Source of the DNA: Clostridia bacterium
GTDB lineage: Bacteria; Bacillota; Clostridia; Oscillospirales; CAG-272
Length of the DNA stretch: 62,808 nucleotides
Reading direction: 5' to 3'
Assembly: GCA_017455185.1 (NCBI GenBank)
Contig: JAFTBN010000061.1
Location: 1-62,808, forward strand
Part shown: positions 57,076 through 62,808 of the stretch, piece by piece
Layout of the letters: each line of letters opens with the position of its first letter
Numbering within the stretch: the stretch's first letter is position 1
The notes under the pieces: generated by a model
What the model was told of the DNA's origin: nothing
The model's database searches: none
Seen by the model: only the letters and a program-made list of their open reading frames with translations
Made by a program: the position numbers and the translations under genes

Positions 57076-60000
57076 ATGCACCTTTACCAAAGAGTGATGG
57101 CGCTTTTGCTGGCGACGCTTCTTTTTTCTGCCGTATTTGTTTCCTGCGGCAAGGTCGCGGGAGGCGATGAAACCGACAAGGAAACCGAAAACGGAACCGG
57201 GCAGGCGGAGATGCTGACCATTTTCGCGGAAAACGCGCAGAGCAGCGAGTACACGGTGATGCGAAGCGATTACTCCAATAATACAGAAACCGCGATGAAC
57301 GTGGCGTTCCGGAAATCGATTGTCGCAGCCACGGGCGTTTCGAAAGTCGAACTGAAGACCGACTGGATTACCGATCCGAACGAAGACATATCGGCGCTCA
57401 AGGAAATTTTGGTCGGCGAGACCAACCGCGCGGAATCCGCTGCGGCGAAAGAGCAGCTGGGGGAGAACGAGTTCATCGTCTGCCAGTCCGGCAACAAGCT
57501 GGTTCTGATCGGCTATGATCTGGAAGGAACGCAGGCTGCCATTGATTATCTGCTTGCCGAATTTTTGGGATACGACGAGGCAACAGGCGAATACTCCAAG
57601 CACTCGCTGGAAGTTCCCAAGGACTATTTCTATAAAGGCACATACGAACACAAGGAACCCGAACCGACAAAGCCTGCGACCGATCCGTCGCTGGGCGAAA
57701 TTGTTTATCTGGTGGAAAAACAGGGCTCGGGGAGCAAAGAAGTGGTCCGCAAGGAATCCACGACGCCGACCAAACCGGTTCTGTATGTGACGCCGGAGAT
57801 TTCGTATGACTCCGCGACCGGCACATACAGCAGCACGTATTCGGCTGTTGAGGTGGAGGGAGATACCTCCACGTTCCAGACGGTGAACACATATATGGAT
57901 TCTATGTATTTCCGTTCGGATGCCGTAATGTGCTATGTGGCCAAGAAGTCTGAGGCGGACGGCGTTTTCAGCGACTGGATGAAGGTCAGCGACGAGTACA
58001 CGGTCAACATGATGATGGCCATCAACCGCGACAACGGGGTTTATGTACAGAAGGACCCGAAAAAAGTTTCGGACATCCAGACCCGCAAGGACGGCAGCTA
58101 TTTCATTCACAGCGGCGATACGAACTACTACATGGTTCCTACGCTTGACTGGATTGAATACATCTGGGACATTACCAAATACTGCGTGGAAAAGTACGCT
58201 CCGGACGTTGTGACGTACGAAGAACCGGAGATGTGGTTTGATTCGGGGTATTCCCAGGGCTTCAAGGACGAATGGGAACGGTATTACGAAGAGGACTGGA
58301 TGCCGCAGACGGCTTCCGCCGAAGCGATGTACATGACCATGAAGCTCAAGACGTATCTGTTCCAGCGGATTCTGACCGAAATGGAGAAGCGGATTCACGA
58401 ATTGAATCCGGATATCAAGATCTACATTGCATCGCATTCCACGGTCAACTACGCGTCCTGGAATATCACGCCCGGTCTGAACACCTATATGTCCCTGGGT
58501 GTCCTGGACGGTATCATCGGGCAGACCTGGTCCGACACGTCCAATGTGACGCTTGAATACAAAGGCAACAACGTAAAAGACAACTATCTGACCACGTTGA
58601 TCGATTATTCCACGTATCTGGATTCGGTCAGGGACACCACGTTCTACGCGCTGTCCGACCCGATGGCAGACGGAGACTATACCGAGGAACAGTGCCGGTA
58701 TATGTACAGACAGACGCTGGTCGCTTCTCTCATGCAGCCCGAGGTGCACCGGTTCCAGATGTTCCCGTGGCCGAGCCGGAGTTTCGCAGGCGTATCCAGC
58801 GAATACCGGACCATGCAGCTGAACGTCTTTACGGCTTTGGATGAAATTCCGGGGCAGGAGGTTACCCTGCATTCCGGAACGCCGGGCATTTCCTATCTGC
58901 TGTCCGACTCCATCGGCTGGCAGCGAGATACCGGCAACTGGGGCATGAACACGGGCAAGGCGTTTTACGGCATTACGTATCCTCTGGCCAACGACGGCAT
59001 CCGGACTCAGTTTACCAGCATGGAAAATCTGGACAAAGTGACGGATCTGGACGGCATTTCAGTCCTGATTGTGGCCTATGACTGCCAGAAACCGGTTTCG
59101 GCCAAGGTAAACGAAGTTCTGGCCCAGTGGGTAAAGAACGGCGGCGTGCTGTTGTATGTGGCCGGACAGGACAGCTACCAGAAGATCAAGTCCGAATGGT
59201 GGGCGGAATACGACACCCCGCTCAAACATCTGATTTCCGAACTCGGCCTGAAAGTGTCGGTGAACGGTCTGACGATGACAAAGACCGAAAAGGTTTCCTA
59301 TGTAGGCAGCGGGGACGGCTCCGGATTTACATCCCTGAGTCTTTCCACGGCTTATAAGCAGTTCTATCAGTCTTTCTCCGGCACGTCCATTCATCCGATT
59401 ATGCAGATCAACGGACAGAATGTGGGAATCGATGAGCCGGTTGGAAAAGGAAGATTCATCGCGGTGGGCATCCCGGGCGCGATCATGAGCAAAACCGCAA
59501 CGGGCGATACGTTTGTGACCTCGCTGGTTGCCTATGCGCTTCAATACACCGACAAGACGTATGTCTCAACGGATTATATGTGGGTGCAGCGCGGAAATGT
59601 GTATGCAGGACATGCCATCAGCAAGCCTGCCACGGTGACGGGACAGTACATCGATCTGTTTGACGCGACCCTTCCGGTCAAGACCAGTCTTACGGTTGCG
59701 GCCAAGGATTCGGTCCTTCTGTATGATATTTCAAAACTCAACCTGAGCGTGCCCCGCATGGCCTTCACGGGTGGCATCTTGCGCGGAGACGTGCAGGAGA
59801 AGGCGGACGAGACGACAATGGTCATCGCCGGCCCGGATGGAACATTGATCAGCTCCCGGTATCTCGCTCCCGCGAACCTCTATCCGACCGAAGTGACGGC
59901 ACAGACGCTTGCGGGCACCAAGGAGGTCGTATACGCTTCCTGGGATGCTGCGACGAGGTCGTTCCTGGTACAGGTGGACGGCGATCATGACGGTGTAACC

Positions 60001-60468
60001 GTTACGGTAAAGTGGGGAAAGACCGTGGGAGATTTCTCCAACCCGTCAGGCCTGAAGCGGATTGAAGTCGCAACAAACAACAAGAACGAGGATGAGGCGT
60101 TCATTTACGAGGACAAGGCTCATAAGAACGATTCCATCCGGTATTGCGACACAAATGCTACCTTGACCTATGTCTTTGATCTGGAAAAGTATCCGGATGC
60201 CACCGTTATGATGCAGGTGTTCCAGAACTACGTTGTGGAATTCTCCTTTAACCGGCAGACCTGGTATGTTATTGCGGATTATTCCCTGGATCATGCATTT
60301 ACCAAATCCGGCGGGAACCGCGTATGGATTTCGCTGCCGGAGTCGGTATACGGAGAATATCGCGGAGCGGAGGACAATCAGCTGTATATCCGGCTGCGGA
60401 ATACCGACCCGACCCAGGGCTGGGGTGGTTCGATTACCTCCCTGGCGGTGATCTGGAACGAAGAGTAA
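57076..60468 (+). CDS. large (1130 aa) surface lipoprotein, putative glycoside-hydrolase-like multidomain protein
   Basis: RBS AAGGGGGA. Signal peptide with lipobox FVSCG. The N-terminal module is shared with the two beta-helix lipoproteins. A central region has a GH42-trimerisation/GATase-like stretch (ISVLIVAYDCQ...WVKNGGVLLYVAG). Function not established. Confidence 0.8.
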   Translation: MHLYQRVMALLLATLLFSAVFVSCGKVAGGDETDKETENGTGQAEMLTIFAENAQSSEYTVMRSDYSNNTETAMNVAFRKSIVAATGVSKVELKTDWITDPNEDISALKEILVGETNRAESAAAKEQLGENEFIVCQSGNKLVLIGYDLEGTQAAIDYLLAEFLGYDEATGEYSKHSLEVPKDYFYKGTYEHKEPEPTKPATDPSLGEIVYLVEKQGSGSKEVVRKESTTPTKPVLYVTPEISYDSATGTYSSTYSAVEVEGDTSTFQTVNTYMDSMYFRSDAVMCYVAKKSEADGVFSDWMKVSDEYTVNMMMAINRDNGVYVQKDPKKVSDIQTRKDGSYFIHSGDTNYYMVPTLDWIEYIWDITKYCVEKYAPDVVTYEEPEMWFDSGYSQGFKDEWERYYEEDWMPQTASAEAMYMTMKLKTYLFQRILTEMEKRIHELNPDIKIYIASHSTVNYASWNITPGLNTYMSLGVLDGIIGQTWSDTSNVTLEYKGNNVKDNYLTTLIDYSTYLDSVRDTTFYALSDPMADGDYTEEQCRYMYRQTLVASLMQPEVHRFQMFPWPSRSFAGVSSEYRTMQLNVFTALDEIPGQEVTLHSGTPGISYLLSDSIGWQRDTGNWGMNTGKAFYGITYPLANDGIRTQFTSMENLDKVTDLDGISVLIVAYDCQKPVSAKVNEVLAQWVKNGGVLLYVAGQDSYQKIKSEWWAEYDTPLKHLISELGLKVSVNGLTMTKTEKVSYVGSGDGSGFTSLSLSTAYKQFYQSFSGTSIHPIMQINGQNVGIDEPVGKGRFIAVGIPGAIMSKTATGDTFVTSLVAYALQYTDKTYVSTDYMWVQRGNVYAGHAISKPATVTGQYIDLFDATLPVKTSLTVAAKDSVLLYDISKLNLSVPRMAFTGGILRGDVQEKADETTMVIAGPDGTLISSRYLAPANLYPTEVTAQTLAGTKEVVYASWDAATRSFLVQVDGDHDGVTVTVKWGKTVGDFSNPSGLKRIEVATNNKNEDEAFIYEDKAHKNDSIRYCDTNATLTYVFDLEKYPDATVMMQVFQNYVVEFSFNRQTWYVIADYSLDHAFTKSGGNRVWISLPESVYGEYRGAEDNQLYIRLRNTDPTQGWGGSITSLAVIWNEE

Positions 60469-60487
60469 GGCTTTGAAAGGCGGGAAA

Positions 60488-60826
60488 ATGATGGGCTGCG
60501 GCGCGGGATTGACCGTCGTCGCAGCTCTGGCCGCATCGGCCGTTCTTTATTGGATTGCAAGAGGCTTATTCCCTTCCTTTTGCAGGGACGTGGCGCAGGT
60601 GAGCGGAGATGTTCCGGCCCTGCCGTTTTCCGTCCTTTTGTTCTTTGGGATTGCGTTTGCCCTGTGGTGGGACGCATTCTTTATCCGAAAGGCAGGAAAA
60701 ATTGAGCAGAGCAAAGCGTTAAAACTCGGAATGACCGTGATTTCCGGTACGCTTTTGCTTGTCCTTCTGGCTACAGGCGTTTTTCTGTATCTTTGGTGGG
60801 GACTTTACAAATTTACGCATGGATAG
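60488..60826 (+). CDS. hypothetical small membrane protein (3 predicted TM segments)
   Basis: Track ORF 60473..60826. The first ATG is at 60488. It is hydrophobic throughout. Confidence 0.5.
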   Translation: MMGCGAGLTVVAALAASAVLYWIARGLFPSFCRDVAQVSGDVPALPFSVLLFFGIAFALWWDAFFIRKAGKIEQSKALKLGMTVISGTLLLVLLATGVFLYLWWGLYKFTHG

Positions 60827-60878
60827 ATCAGGGGAACAGGGAACTGTTCCCTTGCATGCATTCCGGACAGGGGTTACG

Positions 60879-62045
60879 ATGGATGATGTGATGATAACGC
60901 TGGAGGAAGTGGCGGATTTGCCGCAGGATTCTTACAGACTTTATGATATACGGGATGAGGTGTCCTATCAATACGGGACCATCCCAATGGCGCAGCCGTA
61001 TCCTTCTGAAGGGGAGGAAGAAACGCTGCCCAAAGACCGGAAAATCATCCTGTTCTGCATGCATGGGACACAGAGCCTGGAACCCGCTATGCGGTTGCGG
61101 AAGAGGGGCTTTGACGCATACTCCCTGGAGGGAGGATATGCGGCTTGGCTGCGCAAGCAGCTCGTCGTCGAAGACAGAGCGCTTGAGGTGGAGGAGACGC
61201 TGCGCAAAAAGGGGCGGTTCAAAGAAAAACTGTTCACTCCTTTTGCAAAAGCCATTTCGGAATACAACCTGGTAGAGCCGAATGATCGGATTGCGGTTTG
61301 CATCTCGGGCGGAAAAGATTCCATGCTGATGGCAAAATTGTTTCAGGAACTGCAAAGGCACCACAAATTTCCGTTCGAACTCGTATTTCTGGTTATGGAT
61401 CCCGGATACAATGAACTGAACCGGCTGCTGATTGAAACCAATGCGGCGTCTTTGGGTGTCCCCATTCAGATTTTTGAGACGCAGATTTTCGATGCGGTTT
61501 ATCAGATTGACAAGAATCCCTGCTATCTTTGTGCCCGGATGCGCCGCGGGTATCTGTACAGCAAGGCAAAGGAACTGGGTTGCAACAAGATTGCGCTGGG
61601 ACATCATTTCGACGACGTGATAGAAACAACGCTGATGGGGATTATGTGGAGCGGACAGATGCAGGGAATGATGCCAAAGCTGCACAGCACCAATTTCCCC
61701 GGAATGGAGTTGATTCGCCCGATGTATTATGTCAGAGAACAGGACATTAAAGCATGGAGGGATTATAACCACCTTCATTTCATTCAATGCGCCTGCCATT
61801 TTACGGACACGTGTTCTTCCTGCCGGGAAGACGGTTCCAATATTTCAAAGCGAATGGAGACAAAACTTTTGATTCAGCGGCTGAAGGAAAACAATCCCGG
61901 GATAGAAAAGAACATTTTCAACAGTTTGAGTCATGTGTGTCTGGATACGATGATTGCGTATAAGTATAAAGGGAAGACACACCATTTTATGGATTCATAC
62001 AATGCGGGCGACGGCATTACCCTGGATGAACCAGGATTGTTGTAA
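60879..62045 (+). CDS. ttcA: rhodanese domain fused to TtcA-family PP-loop tRNA thiolation ATPase
   Basis: Track ORF 60759..62045. ATG 60879 is preferred (AGGGG 7 nt upstream); 60819 is an alternative. Rhodanese loop is FCMHGTQS. Has the PP-loop SGGKDS and Cys motifs CYLCARMRRG and CHFTDTCSSC. Confidence 0.8.
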   Translation: MDDVMITLEEVADLPQDSYRLYDIRDEVSYQYGTIPMAQPYPSEGEEETLPKDRKIILFCMHGTQSLEPAMRLRKRGFDAYSLEGGYAAWLRKQLVVEDRALEVEETLRKKGRFKEKLFTPFAKAISEYNLVEPNDRIAVCISGGKDSMLMAKLFQELQRHHKFPFELVFLVMDPGYNELNRLLIETNAASLGVPIQIFETQIFDAVYQIDKNPCYLCARMRRGYLYSKAKELGCNKIALGHHFDDVIETTLMGIMWSGQMQGMMPKLHSTNFPGMELIRPMYYVREQDIKAWRDYNHLHFIQCACHFTDTCSSCREDGSNISKRMETKLLIQRLKENNPGIEKNIFNSLSHVCLDTMIAYKYKGKTHHFMDSYNAGDGITLDEPGLL

Positions 62046-62317
62046 AAAGCAAAGGAAGAAACGCCTGCGATTCCCTTGATCTGTCGACTGCGACAAAACA
62101 GCAAAGGATTTGCTTGAAACAGAATGGAAGTTATGCTTGCAATAACAAAAAATGCAGGCTGAAATCCAATTACAGCAAGGCTTTCCGGATTTTGAGTGTA
62201 ACACCGGAGGCTGAAAAGGCTCCGGAGAATTGTACGAAAAGTCAGATGTTTTCGTCTTTGAGGAGACTTAAGAGAGCACTTTTTTTGTAAAGAGGGAAAA
62301 AGCGGGCTTAAATCCCC

Positions 62318-62346
62318 TTGACATCCGGAGTGGAAGGTGCTATAAT
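62318..62346 (+). promoter_or_regulatory. consensus sigma-A promoter of tRNA-Gln
   Basis: TTGACA (62318-62323), exactly 17 nt, TATAAT (62341-62346), 17 nt before the tRNA 5' end. Confidence 0.75.
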
Positions 62347-62363
62347 GCTTTCGCTCAAGATGA

Positions 62364-62439
62364 TGCGGCATCGCCAAGCGGTAAGGCAACGGACTCTGAC
62401 TCCGTCATTACCTAGGTTCGAATCCTAGTGCCGCAGCCA
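62364..62439 (+). tRNA. tRNA-Gln (anticodon CUG), CCA encoded
   Basis: Hand-folded. The 7-bp acceptor stem is TGCGGCA/TGCCGCA. The anticodon stem is ACGGA/TCCGT with loop CT-CTG-AC. The T arm is CTAGG-TTCGAAT-CCTAG. The body closely resembles Firmicute tRNA-Gln (GCCAAGCGGTAAGGCAACGGACT.TGACTCCGTCAT). Confidence 0.9.
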
Positions 62440-62442
62440 GAA

Positions 62443-62485
62443 AAGGATTACTATTTTGACAAAGGTAGTAATCCTTATTTTTTTG
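62443..62485 (+). terminator. intrinsic terminator after tRNA-Gln
   Basis: 11-bp stem AAGGATTACTA / TAGTAATCCTT with a 12-nt loop, followed by ATTTTTTT. Confidence 0.8.
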
Positions 62486-62523
62486 TTCTCAAAATCGTTT
62501 CGCTGTCAGGCTATCTTCATCTC

Positions 62524-62559
62524 ATATACGACAATATACGGCAAAACAATATACGACAA
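62524..62559. repeat. three copies of ATATACG(A/G)CAA
   Basis: Copies are at 62524-62534, 62534-62544 and 62549-62559, just upstream of a TATAAT hexamer at 62578-62583. Confidence 0.8.
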
Positions 62560-62568
62560 AAGTGTTGA

Positions 62569-62808
62569 CGTATCGAGTATAATATCAGTCGCGAAGGTTT
62601 TACGTTTTCTTTCAAGAGAACTGTCGTAAATCCTGTCGTAAATCCTGTCGTAAAACCTGTCGTAAAACCTGTCGTAAATGAATCATTAACGGATGAAGAA
62701 AAACTGGTGATTGATATGATATCAAAAGACGCTTCTCTTTCTGCGAAAAAGATGGCGATTCTTCTGAACAAAAGCGATAGAACTGTGCAAAGACTGCTCA
62801 GCAAACTG
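62569..62808 (+). CDS. open reading frame without an obvious start, running off the window: (V-V-N/K-P)x5 repeat followed by an HTH-like segment; possible gene fragment
   Basis: The frame is open from the stop at 62566-62568 to the window end: ...TVVNPVVNPVVKPVVKPVVNESLTDEEKLVIDMISKDASLSAKKMAILLNKSDRTVQRLLSKL. The only in-frame starts are GTG 62707 and ATG 62716. The tail resembles the repeat-plus-winged-helix C-termini of AlbA_2/ATP-binding putative regulators (recalled, not searched). Confidence 0.3.
62621..62680. repeat. 12-nt tandem repeat x5 (CTGTCGTAAAWN)
   Basis: Copies start at 62621, 62633, 62645, 62657 and 62669. They read VVNP/VVKP on the plus strand and GFTT on the minus strand. 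Confidence 0.9.

Noticed and set aside
62517-62804. 95-aa minus-strand ORF containing GFTTGFTTGFTTGFTT.
   Set aside because: It is the reverse reading of the 12-nt tandem repeat. The plus-strand frame continues into a plausible HTH segment and is the better, though still uncertain, interpretation.

Overview
This window is the replication-origin region of a moderately GC-rich Firmicute. I infer it is Clostridia-like from the SCIFF peptide system, LL-DAP aminotransferase, type III glutamine synthetase and gene order. Taxonomy was not tested.

The window opens on the last ~20 nt (the 5' end) of a minus-strand 16S rRNA gene. It then carries about 50 protein genes, one tRNA-Gln(CUG), and the core origin block:
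- khpB-yidC-yidD-rnpA-rpmH on the minus strand.
- dnaA-[oriC]-dnaN-recF-remB-gyrB ... gyrA on the plus strand.
- mnmG-rsmG ... parA-parB on the plus strand.

Gene orientation flips at about 27.4 kb. Eighteen of 23 genes to the left are on the minus strand, and all genes to the right except glnN are on the plus strand. This fits an origin in the dnaA-dnaN spacer, which holds 7 TTTTCCAC(A/T) DnaA boxes, a GC cluster, a TA-phased trio-like tract and an AT-rich stretch.

Most of the window is ordinary housekeeping. I did not recognise any defence system, mobile element or CRISPR array.

The points most worth a second look:
1. Eleven mismatch-free parS sites lie within 3.5 kb. Five are in 131 bp on the mnmG start, and six are in a 1.2-kb gene-free gap where noc usually sits.
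2. A 50-aa six-cysteine SCIFF precursor, too short for the ORF track, sits with its radical-SAM maturase back to back with the dnaA promoter.
3. Two tandem paralogous double-beta-helix (GH55-like) lipoproteins share an N-terminal module with a third, 1130-aa lipoprotein elsewhere in the window.
4. The origin organisation is non-canonical: rpmH is 14 kb from dnaA, there are no DnaA boxes upstream of dnaA, and gyrB and gyrA are split by pfkB-murI-mreCD.
5. A small triple-repeat protein lies behind a strong promoter and a ~170-nt leader.
6. Repeats and a start-less HTH reading frame lie just downstream of tRNA-Gln at the right edge.

The many long antisense ORFs in the track are shadow frames of the GC-rich genes and were rejected. 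All family assignments come from motifs read by eye. No database search was run.
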